A DNA stretch of 59,949 nucleotides from an uncultured Oscillospiraceae bacterium. GTDB taxonomy: Bacteria; Bacillota; Clostridia; Oscillospirales; Acutalibacteraceae. Below, piece after piece: positions 41,002 through 50,715 of this stretch. Every line of letters begins with the position of its first letter. Within the stretch, counting starts at the first letter, position 1. The stretch lies in the NCBI GenBank assembly GCA_900552115.1, contig URYP01000001.1, positions 1-59,949 on the forward strand. The letters are read 5' to 3'. The position numbers and the translations under genes were made by a program. Below the pieces are notes generated by a model. It did not search any database. It had not been told where the DNA came from and was given only the letters and a program-made list of their open reading frames with translations.

Positions 41002-41936
41002 ACGGACTGCATATTTGCGCCACCGGGCGCTGTCTGCCGCGCATAGCGGTAACCAATGACGAACTGAGCCGGACTGTGGATACCAGCGATGAATGGATCG
41101 CCTCCCGCACCGGCATCCGCCAGCGGTATTTCTGTAAAGAGGAAACCAACGCCGGACTGGCCGCCGGGGCTGCCCGGCTGGCAATGGAACGGGCTGGGAT
41201 ATGTGCGGAGGATATCGGCGCCTGTGTGGTCGCCACCTTTACGCCGGACTTTGCCACCCCCTCGGTTGCCTGCCTGGTCCACCGGGCCCTGGGCCTGCCG
41301 CAGGAGATCCCCTCCTTTGATATTAACGCGGCCTGCTCCGGCTTTGTATACGGCCTTCAGGTCGTCCGCGGCCTGCTGCTGCAAAGCGAGCGGCGCTATG
41401 CGCTGCTGGTTGGCAGCGAAGTTACATCCCGCGTACTTGATTTTACCGACCGCTCCACCTGCGTGCTGTTCGGCGACGGGGCCGCCGCCGTGGTTTTGGA
41501 GCTGTCCGACACCCATTCCTTTTTCTGTTCCCTTGGCTCCCGGGGAAACGAGGCACCGCTCTCCTGCCCCGGCCCGGGGCAGGACGGTGCGGCGTTGCAT
41601 ATGAACGGGCAGGAGGTGTTCCGCTTTGGGGTGGACATCGTCCCCCGCTGTATGGATGCGGTGCTGCAAAAAGCCGGGCGGACGCTGGACGAGATCGATT
41701 ATGTGGTGTGCCACCAGGCGAACGCACGCATTATCAGCCACGTTGTGCGCCACATGCACGCCGACCCGGACAAATTCTATCTCAACATGCAGACCTATGC
41801 CAACACCTCTGCGGCCAGTATCCCGCTGGCGCTGGACGAAATGGCGGAAAAAGGACTGCTGAAACCCGGCGTATCCATCCTGTGCGTTGGATTCGGCGCT
41901 GGATTTACCTGGGGCGGCGCGCTGCTGGAATTCTGA
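40998..41936 (+). CDS. fabH: 3-oxoacyl-ACP synthase III
   Basis: Active-site Cys in INAACSGFVYGL, then HQAN and NTSAASIP motifs. Confidence 0.93.
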   Translation: MNGLHICATGRCLPRIAVTNDELSRTVDTSDEWIASRTGIRQRYFCKEETNAGLAAGAARLAMERAGICAEDIGACVVATFTPDFATPSVACLVHRALGLPQEIPSFDINAACSGFVYGLQVVRGLLLQSERRYALLVGSEVTSRVLDFTDRSTCVLFGDGAAAVVLELSDTHSFFCSLGSRGNEAPLSCPGPGQDGAALHMNGQEVFRFGVDIVPRCMDAVLQKAGRTLDEIDYVVCHQANARIISHVVRHMHADPDKFYLNMQTYANTSAASIPLALDEMAEKGLLKPGVSILCVGFGAGFTWGGALLEF

Positions 41937-41972
41937 TCGCCGACATCCCGATTTACGAAAGGAAGGCTGCGC

Positions 41973-42908
41973 ATGACAACCTTACAGGAATTGCTTCAAA
42001 CTGAGTTTCCCTTTATCCAGGGAGGCATGGCCAACATAGCCACCGGCCCCTTTGCCGCGGCGGTTTCCAACGCGGGCGGGCTGGGCCTGATCGGCGCCGG
42101 CGGCATGACCCTGGAGATGCTTCGGGATCATATTCATCAGTGCCGCGCCCTAACCAAAAAGCCCTTTGGTGTCAATATTATGCTGATGCATCCGCAGGCC
42201 GGTGAAATGGCCGAGCTGGTTGCGCGGGAGCGCATCCCGGTGATCACCACCGGGGCGGGCAATCCCGCCAAATACATCCCCCTGTGGAAAGAGGCCGGCT
42301 GCAAAATCCTGCCGGTTATACCCGGCGTGGCGCTGGCGAAACGCATGGTGGCGGCCGGGGCCGACGCCATTATTGCCGAAGGGACCGAAAGCGGCGGCCA
42401 CGTGGGGGAAATGACCACCATGGCGCTGGTACCGCAGGTAGTCGACGCGGTTGACGTGCCGGTTGTCGCGGCCGGCGGCATCGCGGACGGACGGCAGCTT
42501 CTGGCGGCACTGGCGCTGGGCGCGACGGGTGTACAGCTCGGAACCTGCCTGCTGGTGAGCGAGGAATGCCCGGTGCACGATAACTATAAACGGGCCGTGC
42601 TCAAGGCCGGGGACAACGATACCGTGGTGACCGGCCGCATCGCTGGTGTGCCGGTACGGGTGCTTAAAAACCGGATGGCGCGCGAATATGTAAAACAGGA
42701 AAAGGCCGGCATGGACAAAATGGAGCTGGAAAAATACACCCTTGGTTCCCTGCGGCGCGCCGTATTTGACGGCGACGTGCAGGACGGCTCCCTGATGGCC
42801 GGACAGGTCGCGGGACAGCTTCATGATATTAAGCCGCTCCGTCAAATTTTTGAAGAACTGGCCGCAGGCGCGGCGAATGCGCTCGCCTCACTGGAAAAGA
42901 GGCGCTGA
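41973..42908 (+). CDS. fabK: Enoyl-ACP reductase II (FMN-dependent, nitronate monooxygenase fold)
   Basis: FPFIQGGMANIATGPFAAAVSNAGGLGLIGAGG. 311 aa. Position in the fab cluster after fabH. Confidence 0.88.
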   Translation: MTTLQELLQTEFPFIQGGMANIATGPFAAAVSNAGGLGLIGAGGMTLEMLRDHIHQCRALTKKPFGVNIMLMHPQAGEMAELVARERIPVITTGAGNPAKYIPLWKEAGCKILPVIPGVALAKRMVAAGADAIIAEGTESGGHVGEMTTMALVPQVVDAVDVPVVAAGGIADGRQLLAALALGATGVQLGTCLLVSEECPVHDNYKRAVLKAGDNDTVVTGRIAGVPVRVLKNRMAREYVKQEKAGMDKMELEKYTLGSLRRAVFDGDVQDGSLMAGQVAGQLHDIKPLRQIFEELAAGAANALASLEKRR

Positions 42909-42909
42909 C

Positions 42910-43977
42910 ATGCCGCTGATCGGACAAAAGGAACTGGAACTGCCTCTCATCCAGGGCGGTATGGGGGTGGGCGTTTCGCTTGGGAATCTGGCCGGGCATG
43001 TGGCGGCGCAGGGCGGCATGGGCGTCATCAGCACGGTAAACGCCGGGTACGCCCGTCCGGACTTTGAACGTAATCCCTTGGCGGCCAACCTCACCGCTCT
43101 GCATGAGGAGATTGCACGGGCTAAAGATATCGCGGCAGGGCGGGGCTTAGTGGCGGTCAACGTGATGGTGGCCACCACCCACTATGCGGAAACCGTGCGC
43201 ACCGCCATCGAAGCGGGCGTGGACGCGATTATTTCCGGCGCGGGCCTGCCAACAGAGCTGCCCGCTCTGGCGGACGCCGCCCCTGTCGCCCTGGCGCCTA
43301 TTGTATCCAGCGGCAAGGCGGCGCGGACGATCTGCCGCTTGTGGGAGCGCCACAATGCGCGCCTGCCCGACTTTGTGGTCGTAGAGGGCCGGGAGGCGGG
43401 CGGCCACCTGGGCTTTTCCCGCGAGGATCTCGAATCCGGCGCCGCGCCCACACTGGAAACGCTGTTGGCGGATGTGCGGCAGGCGCTCGAACCGTTTGAA
43501 AAAGCGGCAGGGCGGCCTATTCCGGTTTTTACCGCCGGCGGGGTCTATACCGCGGCGGATATCGACCGCTTTTTATCCCTGGGGGCGGCGGGCGTGCAGA
43601 TGGCGACCCGCTTTATCGCCACCCACGAATGCGATGCCTCCCCCGCCTACAAACAAGCCTTTATCCGCGCGCGCCGAGAGGATGTGCGGCTGGTGAAAAG
43701 TCCGGTAGGCATGCCGGGACGGGCGCTGGCCAGCCCTCTTTTGCGGCGGCTGGACTCCGGTGCGTCCTATCCCCCGTTGCGCTGCAACGATTGTCTGCGG
43801 GTCTGCCCGCATAAAGAAACCCCTTATTGCATCAGCCGCGCGCTGATTGAAGCGGTAAAGGGCAACTGGGAAGATGGGCTGTTCTTCTGCGGCAGCCATG
43901 TCTGGCGGATGGATCGGGTCCAGTCGGTGCGCGAACTTGTGAAGGAATTGTTTCCCCAAAGGAGGATACCCGAATGA
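42910..43977 (+). CDS. Second nitronate-monooxygenase/FabK-like flavoprotein with C-terminal Cys cluster (355 aa)
   Basis: LPLIQGGMGVGVS NMO motif. CNDCLRVCPHKETPYC (CX2CX3CX7C) at nt 43783-43830. ATG 42910 lies 1 nt after the fabK stop. The track start 42823 is an extension overlapping fabK. Confidence 0.8.
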   Translation: MPLIGQKELELPLIQGGMGVGVSLGNLAGHVAAQGGMGVISTVNAGYARPDFERNPLAANLTALHEEIARAKDIAAGRGLVAVNVMVATTHYAETVRTAIEAGVDAIISGAGLPTELPALADAAPVALAPIVSSGKAARTICRLWERHNARLPDFVVVEGREAGGHLGFSREDLESGAAPTLETLLADVRQALEPFEKAAGRPIPVFTAGGVYTAADIDRFLSLGAAGVQMATRFIATHECDASPAYKQAFIRARREDVRLVKSPVGMPGRALASPLLRRLDSGASYPPLRCNDCLRVCPHKETPYCISRALIEAVKGNWEDGLFFCGSHVWRMDRVQSVRELVKELFPQRRIPE

Positions 43978-44909
43978 AAACAGCTTTTGTATTCGCCGGC
44001 CAGGGCAGCCAGCGCGTTGGCATGGGGCGGGATTTATATGACCGGTATCCGGTGTTCCGTCGTATTTTCGACGATGCGCCGGTGGATTTTGACCTGCCCC
44101 GCCTCTGTTTTGAGGGGCCGGAGGAGCAGCTGGCCCAGACCCGGTACACCCAGCCCTGTATGGTGGCGTTTGCCGCCGGCGTCACGGCCCTGCTGGCCGG
44201 GGAAGGATGGTATCCCTCCATGGCCGCCGGGTTGAGTTTAGGGGAATATTCCGCCCTGCACGCCGCCGGCGTATGGGACAGCCGCACCGTCATCGGCCTG
44301 GCCGCGTTCCGGGGACTGGCAATGGAGCAGGCGGTGGACGGCCGGCCATGCGGCATGACGGCCGTCATGGGACTGGACCGCGGCGCACTGGAACAGGTAT
44401 GTATAAAGGCCGGCGCGGCGGGCATAGTGGAAATCGCCAACGATAACTGCCCCGGCCAGCTCGTCATTGGCGGCGACCAAGCAGCCGTGGACCGGGCAGC
44501 CGCTCTGGCAGTGGATGCCGGTGCGCGGCGCTGTGTACCGCTCAAGGTCAGCGGCCCGTTCCACACCTCCCTGATGGCTCCCGCCGGACGGGCGCTTAGG
44601 GAAAAGTTTCAAACCATTGTTTTTAACGCGCCGCGCTTCCCCATCCTCTTTAACGCGACGGGGCGTCCCATGGCGGAGACGGAAACCATCCCCGCCCTGT
44701 TGGAACGGCAGGTGCAAAGCGGCGTGCGCTTCACCGATACCATTCGTTATCTGGAAGCGCAGGGCGTGGATACCATCCTCGAAATCGGCCCGGGCCGTAC
44801 GTTGAGCGGTTTTGTTAAAAAAACTGCGCCATCCATACAAACCATAGCGGTTGAAGACGCCGTCAGCCTTGGCGCGGCCATCGACCGGCTGAAAGGAGCG
44901 CAATTATGA
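43974..44909 (+). CDS. fabD: Malonyl-CoA:ACP transacylase
   Basis: FVFAGQGSQ and the GLSLGEYSAL active-site serine motif. Confidence 0.93.
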   Translation: MKTAFVFAGQGSQRVGMGRDLYDRYPVFRRIFDDAPVDFDLPRLCFEGPEEQLAQTRYTQPCMVAFAAGVTALLAGEGWYPSMAAGLSLGEYSALHAAGVWDSRTVIGLAAFRGLAMEQAVDGRPCGMTAVMGLDRGALEQVCIKAGAAGIVEIANDNCPGQLVIGGDQAAVDRAAALAVDAGARRCVPLKVSGPFHTSLMAPAGRALREKFQTIVFNAPRFPILFNATGRPMAETETIPALLERQVQSGVRFTDTIRYLEAQGVDTILEIGPGRTLSGFVKKTAPSIQTIAVEDAVSLGAAIDRLKGAQL

Positions 44910-45649
44910 GTATGCAGGGAAAAGTGGCGGTGGTCACCGGCGGCAGCCGGGGGATCGGACGGGCGGTCTGTTTGGAATTGGCCCGAAGGGGCGCCAATGT
45001 AGTGATTGGTTACGCCGGCGATGAACAGGCGGCACATGTGGCGGCGGACGCCTGCCGTGATGCCGGCGGCAAGGCGGTCATCGTGAAAGCCGACGTCGCC
45101 ACCGCGGAAGGCAGCGAAGCCCTTTTCGCGGAAGCCGTAGCCTCCTTTGGCCGGGTGGACATTCTGGTCAACAACGCCGGCATCACGCGGGATATGCTGA
45201 TTCTGAGGATGAGCGAACAGGATTTCGACCGCGTGCTGGATGTCAACCTCAAGGGCGCGTTCTTCTGTATGAAGCTGGCGGCGCGTCTGATGTCCAAACA
45301 GCGTTATGGCCGTATTATCAATATGAGCAGCGTGGTAGGACTGCGGGGAAACGCCGGACAGGTCAACTATGCGGCCAGCAAAGCGGGACTGATCGGCATG
45401 ACCAAATCCCTGGCCAAGGAAATTGCCTCCCGGGGTGTCACGGTGAACGCCATCGCCCCCGGCTTTATTGAGACGGATATGACCCGTACATTGCTGCCCA
45501 CCGTACAGGACAGTATCCTGACGTCCATTCCGCTTAAACGGTTCGGGCAGCCGGAAGAAGTCGCTCACGCCGCCGCGTTTCTTGCCTCGGAGGAGGCCGG
45601 GTATATCACCGGTCAGGTTCTCTGTATCGATGGCGGCATGGCTATGTAA
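44906..45649 (+). CDS. fabG: 3-oxoacyl-ACP reductase
   Basis: VTGGSRGIG, NNAG and YAASKAG motifs. Confidence 0.93.
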   Translation: MSMQGKVAVVTGGSRGIGRAVCLELARRGANVVIGYAGDEQAAHVAADACRDAGGKAVIVKADVATAEGSEALFAEAVASFGRVDILVNNAGITRDMLILRMSEQDFDRVLDVNLKGAFFCMKLAARLMSKQRYGRIINMSSVVGLRGNAGQVNYAASKAGLIGMTKSLAKEIASRGVTVNAIAPGFIETDMTRTLLPTVQDSILTSIPLKRFGQPEEVAHAAAFLASEEAGYITGQVLCIDGGMAM

Positions 45650-45742
45650 ACAAGGGCTTTTCTTCTATTAAAACGGTTTTAGTCCCCCGCTTTGCCTGTA
45701 TAAAACGGGGGTAATAGAACCCGGAAAGGACATGAATTTGTT

Positions 45743-46981
45743 ATGAAACGACGGGTTGTCATTACCGGCCTGGGAGCGGTCACCCCCATTGGGCACACCG
45801 CTGCGGAAAGCTGGGAAGCCGCCAGGCAGGGACGCTGCGGCATCGCCCCGATCACCCTGTTCGACCCCTGCAACCACAAGGTGAAAATCGCGGGAGAGGT
45901 TAAGAATTTAGATATCGGCGCGCATCTGGACAAAAAAGAAAGCCGCAAAATGGACCGGTTTACACAGCTGGCGATGATCGCCGCAGCCGAAGCCATGACC
46001 GACAGCGGTCTTGATATGGAGCGGGAGGATCCCTGCCGCTGCGGCGTGCTGGTTTCCAGCGGAATCGGCGGCCTTTACACCATTGCGGCGGAACACGCCC
46101 GCGGCGAACAGAAAGGCTTTGACCGGGTCTCCCCCTTTTTTGTGCCCATGTCCATCGTCAACATGGCGGCCGGGCATATCGCCATCCGCTATGGCCTGAA
46201 AGGGATGTGCAGCTGTGTGGTAACGGCCTGCGCCGGCGGCAGCAACGCCATCGGCGACAGCCTGCGGCAGATCCGCGACGGCTATCTCGATGTCATCCTG
46301 TGCGGCGGCGCCGAGGCCAGCATCACGGATTTTGGCATCGGGGGCTTCACCTCGCTGAAAGCCCTGTGTGAAAGCAACGACCCCGAACGGGCCTCCATCC
46401 CCTTTGACAAGGAGCGGAGCGGGTTTGTCATGGGGGAAGGCGCGGGGATTCTGGTGCTGGAGGAATACGAACACGCCAAAGCGCGTGGTGCGCATATCTA
46501 CGCGGAAATGGCCGGCTACGGCGCCAGCTGCGACGCCTATCATATGACGGCCCCCGCTCCTGACGGCGCGGGAGCCGCGGCCAGCATGCGGCTGGCACTG
46601 CAGGACGCGGACCTGTCCCCCGAAGATGTGGATTACATTAATGCCCACGGTACCTCCACCCCGCTGAATGACCGATGCGAAACTTTGGCCATCAAAGCCG
46701 CGTTTGGTGAACATGCCCGCCGCCTCATGGTCAGCTCCACCAAATCCATGACCGGTCATCTGCTGGGAGCCAGCGGGGCCATTGAAGCCATTTTTTCCGT
46801 CATGGCGGTTCGGGACAGCTTTGTTCCCGCCACCATCCATTATCAGGTGCCCGACGAGGAGTGCGACCTGGATGTCGTACCGAACGAAGGCCGCAATGCG
46901 TCTCTTCGCTGTGCAATGTCCAACTCGCTGGGCTTCGGCGGCCACAACGCCAGCCTGATTTTCAAACGCTGGGAGGAGTAG
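45743..46981 (+). CDS. fabF: 3-oxoacyl-ACP synthase II
   Basis: MKRRVVITGLGAVTPIG, Cys in VVTACAGGSNAIG, HGTSTPLND, GHLLGASG. Confidence 0.93.
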   Translation: MKRRVVITGLGAVTPIGHTAAESWEAARQGRCGIAPITLFDPCNHKVKIAGEVKNLDIGAHLDKKESRKMDRFTQLAMIAAAEAMTDSGLDMEREDPCRCGVLVSSGIGGLYTIAAEHARGEQKGFDRVSPFFVPMSIVNMAAGHIAIRYGLKGMCSCVVTACAGGSNAIGDSLRQIRDGYLDVILCGGAEASITDFGIGGFTSLKALCESNDPERASIPFDKERSGFVMGEGAGILVLEEYEHAKARGAHIYAEMAGYGASCDAYHMTAPAPDGAGAAASMRLALQDADLSPEDVDYINAHGTSTPLNDRCETLAIKAAFGEHARRLMVSSTKSMTGHLLGASGAIEAIFSVMAVRDSFVPATIHYQVPDEECDLDVVPNEGRNASLRCAMSNSLGFGGHNASLIFKRWEE

Positions 46982-46983
46982 GC

Positions 46984-47412
46984 ATGGAACTGAATTCCAA
47001 TCAAATCCAGGAAATCCTGCCCCACCGCTATCCGTTCCTTCTGGTGGACCGGATCACCGATTACCAGCCCGGAGCTTTTGCCAAAGGAATCAAATGCATA
47101 TCGGCCAACGAAATGCAGTTCTGCGGACACTTTCCCGGAAAGCACGTGATGCCGGGGGTGCTGATTATCGAGGCTCTGGCACAGGTGGGAGCGGTTGCCC
47201 TGTTGACAGAAGCGGAAAACAAGGGTAAAATTGTGTTGTTCGGCGGCATAAAAAATGCCCGGTTCCGTCAGCAGGTGACGCCGGGAGATGTTTTGGAGCT
47301 GGAATGCACCCTGACCCGCCGCATGGGTCCGGTGGGAATCGGCTCGGCAACGGCTAAAGTAAACGGAAAAACCGCCGTGACCGCTGAGCTGTCTTTTGCC
47401 GTCGGAGAATAA
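46984..47412 (+). CDS. fabZ: 3-hydroxyacyl-ACP dehydratase
   Basis: LPHRYPFLLVDRI and HFPGKHVMPGVL. ATG 46984 follows the fabF stop. The track start 46861 is an extension overlapping fabF. Confidence 0.93.
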   Translation: MELNSNQIQEILPHRYPFLLVDRITDYQPGAFAKGIKCISANEMQFCGHFPGKHVMPGVLIIEALAQVGAVALLTEAENKGKIVLFGGIKNARFRQQVTPGDVLELECTLTRRMGPVGIGSATAKVNGKTAVTAELSFAVGE

Positions 47413-47464
47413 ACACACGCCGCCCTCGGGCGGCCGATTATGAGGGAATAGGGAGACTGCCGCC

Positions 47465-47926
47465 ATGCTGGACCAATCATTTTCAGAAGTCTACACCAAG
47501 TTTAAGCTGCACTTTTATCGTTCGGTATTCAGCCGTTTTCAGGACCGGGAGGCCAGCCTGACAACGGTGGAATCCTTTTGCATGGAGATTATCAACGCTC
47601 TCAAGAACCCCACCATCAACGAGTTTGCCTCGTTTGCCCAGATATCTCCGCCCAACGCGGCGTATAAGGTAAACAAACTTATTCAAAAGGGCTATGTCCA
47701 AAAAATCCAATCTCCCACGGACAAACGGGAATACCATCTGGAGCCGACGCAAAAATATCACGACTACTACAACATCAGTTACACTTATCTGCAAACCGTG
47801 ATGCAGCGCATTCAGGACCGGTTTTCACCGGAGGAGAGCGCCCAGCTTGAATCCATGCTGGATATCATTTCGTCCGAGCTAATGCCGGAAATTCCCTCCC
47901 TTGACCGGTCACACCCTAATATCTAA
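47465..47926 (+). CDS. MarR-family transcriptional regulator (FabT-like by position)
   Basis: Winged-helix region NEFASFAQISPPNAAYKVNKLIQKGYVQKIQSPTDKREYHLEPT. Last gene of the fab cluster. Confidence 0.8.
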   Translation: MLDQSFSEVYTKFKLHFYRSVFSRFQDREASLTTVESFCMEIINALKNPTINEFASFAQISPPNAAYKVNKLIQKGYVQKIQSPTDKREYHLEPTQKYHDYYNISYTYLQTVMQRIQDRFSPEESAQLESMLDIISSELMPEIPSLDRSHPNI

Positions 47927-47930
47927 ATAA

Positions 47931-47972
47931 GAAACTCCCGGGAAAACAAAATTGTTTTCCCGGGAGTTTTTA
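47931..47972. terminator. Bidirectional terminator (fab cluster / lgt)
   Basis: ACTCCCGGGAAAACA, loop AAAT, TGTTTTCCCGGGAGT, then T4. Confidence 0.88.
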
Positions 47973-47975
47973 TAC

Positions 47976-48803
47976 TTATGTGACCGGTTCGGCGGTCGAA
48001 TCCGGTGCGGGCGTCATCCGGCGATTATGCCGCCATTCCCGCATCCAGACCACCCCGCTGGCTATCAGCAGAGCCAGGCTGATCCACTGGGAAGTCGACA
48101 GGCCTGCGTAAACACCCCGCACCGCGTCGCCCCGCCAGAATTCGAGCGTGAAGCGTCCCGCCGCATAGAGTGGGAAATAAATCCACAACATTTTGCCTTT
48201 GGGCACACTGGCCTTTTGCAGGAAAAACAGTAGTATAAACAGCAGCAGGTTGAAGCACGCTTCTACCAACTGGATGGGAAAATAACGAATCTGCGGGTCG
48301 GCCAGCGGCGAATGGGGAAAATACCAGCCGTAAGCGCATTCCACCCCATAACAGCAGCCCGCCAACAGGCAGCCGAGCCGCCCGAACATGTGAAACAGCG
48401 GAATGGTGGGAACAATTGCGTCCAGATGCAGCCGCCCATCGATTTTGAGACATTTACAATACCACATACCCCCGACGATCGCACCGAACAATCCGCCATA
48501 AAAGACCATGCCGCCAAATAAAATCTGAACAGCAGTCCAGATATCCTGGAAACCATGGATATAGGTGCCCCAATGGGTCACGAGCTGCCAGAGCGCCGGC
48601 AGACGTGTAAAAAAGAACAGCAGGTGCGCCCCGACAAACGCGCCGCCAGCGCCGGCTAACAGAATATGGAAAATCTGGTCCCGCCGGTAGCCGGGCTTTT
48701 TGGTGGTGAAATACAGCACCAATCCCATAGCCAAGGCCCCCAGGACGGTCATCACCATATACATGCTGATCTCTTTGCCAAACAGCTGGAACGATGGGAA
48801 CAC
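47976..48803 (-). CDS. lgt: Prolipoprotein diacylglyceryl transferase
   Basis: Polytopic. Motifs FYGGLFGAIVGG and GRLGCLLAGCCYG. GTG start 8 nt after GGAGG. Confidence 0.9.
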   Translation of the reverse strand: MFPSFQLFGKEISMYMVMTVLGALAMGLVLYFTTKKPGYRRDQIFHILLAGAGGAFVGAHLLFFFTRLPALWQLVTHWGTYIHGFQDIWTAVQILFGGMVFYGGLFGAIVGGMWYCKCLKIDGRLHLDAIVPTIPLFHMFGRLGCLLAGCCYGVECAYGWYFPHSPLADPQIRYFPIQLVEACFNLLLFILLFFLQKASVPKGKMLWIYFPLYAAGRFTLEFWRGDAVRGVYAGLSTSQWISLALLIASGVVWMREWRHNRRMTPAPDSTAEPVT

Positions 48804-48824
48804 ACGTCACGCCTCCTTTAATGG

Positions 48825-48852
48825 AAAAAAGGCGGAATGACGCGTCATTCCG
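48825..48852 (-). terminator. Terminator after the DUF4190-like gene
   Basis: On the minus strand: GGCGGAATGACG / CGTCATTCCGCC palindromic stem, followed by T6. Confidence 0.75.
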
Positions 48853-48875
48853 CCTTTACCCGCTTTTGCCGGAAA

Positions 48876-49370
48876 TTAATAGTAGTTCGCAAAGCCGCCG
48901 GACGCCAGTTCGTTGGCCAGGCTGCCGGCCGTTGCCAGCACGCAGATCCAGCAGGCCACGCCGATACCGGACAGGACCGTACCAATGATAGCCAGAACCA
49001 AGCCGGCCGTCGCCATACCATGACCTTCATAGCCGATCGGGCATTCGTTGCGGCCTTTAATGCCCAAAATAATGCCAACCACGCCCATAGCCAGCGCCAA
49101 AATACTGAACCAGCCAAACCAGCAGAACACGGCCGATACAATACCTAACACCAACGCGGCAATGGATTTGCCTTTCGCGCCGGGAGGAGGCGTCATCAGC
49201 ATACCGGGCTGCGGGGCATACGCCTGCTGCTGAGGAGCGGCATACGGCGCCTGCGGAGCCGCATAGGGCTGCTGCGGGGCGGCGGGCGGAGTCTGGGGCT
49301 GCGGAGCGACAGGCTCCTGCGGTACCGGCTGCTCTTCCGGCTGCTGAGGAATGTTGTTGTTCTCGTCCAT
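48876..49370 (-). CDS. Pro/Gln-rich N-terminus, DUF4190-like small membrane protein
   Basis: PQQPEEQPVPQEPVAPQPQTPPAAPQQPYAAPQAPYAAPQQ repeats, then hydrophobic helices rich in Gly/Ile. ATG 49370 lies 7 nt after GGAGGG. Confidence 0.75.
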   Translation of the reverse strand: MDENNNIPQQPEEQPVPQEPVAPQPQTPPAAPQQPYAAPQAPYAAPQQQAYAPQPGMLMTPPPGAKGKSIAALVLGIVSAVFCWFGWFSILALAMGVVGIILGIKGRNECPIGYEGHGMATAGLVLAIIGTVLSGIGVACWICVLATAGSLANELASGGFANYY

Positions 49371-49728
49371 AAACGTACCCTCCAAAACACAGTCTAAACA
49401 GTTTGTTCACTGTTTGTTTACATTTTATCATGACCCGGGCGAAATTGCAACTATTTTTCGGGCGGATTTTGCAAATTAAGACAGGCTTTTCCGCTTACCC
49501 ATCGACCGGGGTCGCACGGCCCGCTCCCGCCGGGCCAATCGCGCATATCCGTGCCCACCAGATCTACCGGTTATGCTGGTATAGTTACTTTCGCCTCTTT
49601 ACTATATGAAAAACGGATTGTCCGGTATGCGTATAATCCCACCAGAATATGGTAAAATATATACCTTGACAGGCGAGGTATATTATGATAACGTATATAT
49701 AGAATTCCAAAGGAAGGAGGTCGGCGGG

Positions 49729-50076
49729 ATGTCGATTGCGTCCGATCTGATCCGCGGGCATACCGATACCATCATTTTGGCCCATCTCATGCAGGGCGAC
49801 AGCTATGGCTACCAGATCAACAAGGCGATCCTCCAGAAGACCGACCAGCAATATGAACTGAAGGAAGCCACGCTGTACACCGCATTCCGGCGTTTGGAAG
49901 AAGCCGGATGCATCTATTCCTACTGGGGGGATGAAACCACCGGCGCCCGGCGGCGCTACTATTCTATTACACCAGAGGGGAAACAGACTTATGGGCGGCT
50001 TGTATCCGAATGGGAAACCGCCAAACAATTGATTGATCAATTGATACGACAGGAGGAGTCACATCATGCTGGATAA
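49729..50076 (+). CDS. PadR-family transcriptional regulator
   Basis: GHTDTIILAHLMQGDSYGYQINKAI...YYSITPEGK. GGAAGGAGG SD before ATG 49729. The track start 49606 is an extension. Confidence 0.9.
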   Translation: MSIASDLIRGHTDTIILAHLMQGDSYGYQINKAILQKTDQQYELKEATLYTAFRRLEEAGCIYSYWGDETTGARRRYYSITPEGKQTYGRLVSEWETAKQLIDQLIRQEESHHAG

Positions 50077-50707
50077 ACTGTACGCCTATATCGATTCCAT
50101 TTTTGAGCAGGCGCCCTGTACGCAGAAGGCTATTGAGCTGAAAGAGGAGATCCGCCAAAACAGCACCGAGAAATATGAAGATTTGCTGACGCAGGGCAAA
50201 ACCGAAGAAGCGGCTTACAACATCACCGTCGCCAGTATGGGCGACATCGGAGAGCTGATCGGATCCCTGCGGGGGGATACGGCCGCAGCCGCGCCGCCCG
50301 TAGACAAAACCCGGCGGCGCAGCGCCCTGCTGACCGCCATTGCCATTTCCCTGTATATCCTCAGCGTCGTGCCCTGTATCCTGCTTCAGGACGATATGAT
50401 CGGCCCTGTGCTGCTGTTTGTCATGGTCGCCCTGGCCACGGGCCTGCTGATTTACAACCACATGTCCGCCCCCAAATACCGCAAGCGGGAGGACACCATG
50501 GTGGAGGAATTCCGGGAATGGTCGGACCAGCACAGCCGTGACCGGCAAATATTCAAAGCGGTTTCCTCCGCGCTGTGGTCGCTGACGGCCGTTATCTATA
50601 TACTGGTCAGCTTTCTCACCATGGCCTGGCACATCACATGGGTAATTTTCCTGGTCGCGGGCGCCATCGAGGGCATTATCAAAGCGATCTTTGATTTGAG
50701 AAAGTAG
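50066..50707 (+). CDS. PadR-associated membrane protein (DUF1700/permease-prefix-like N-domain plus TM helices)
   Basis: Soluble helical N-domain (LDKLYAYIDSIFEQAPCTQKAIELKEEI...GDIGELI), then four hydrophobic helices. 11-nt overlap with the PadR gene. Confidence 0.7.
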   Translation: MLDKLYAYIDSIFEQAPCTQKAIELKEEIRQNSTEKYEDLLTQGKTEEAAYNITVASMGDIGELIGSLRGDTAAAAPPVDKTRRRSALLTAIAISLYILSVVPCILLQDDMIGPVLLFVMVALATGLLIYNHMSAPKYRKREDTMVEEFREWSDQHSRDRQIFKAVSSALWSLTAVIYILVSFLTMAWHITWVIFLVAGAIEGIIKAIFDLRK

Positions 50708-50715
50708 GTGCCGAC

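Noticed and set aside
49664-49694. TTGACA at 49666-49671 as the PadR promoter -35 element
   Set aside because: No acceptable -10 hexamer lies at 16-18 nt spacing (TATGAT is only 12 nt away). A nearby TATAAT (49632-49637) lacks a -35 element. The promoter is left unassigned.
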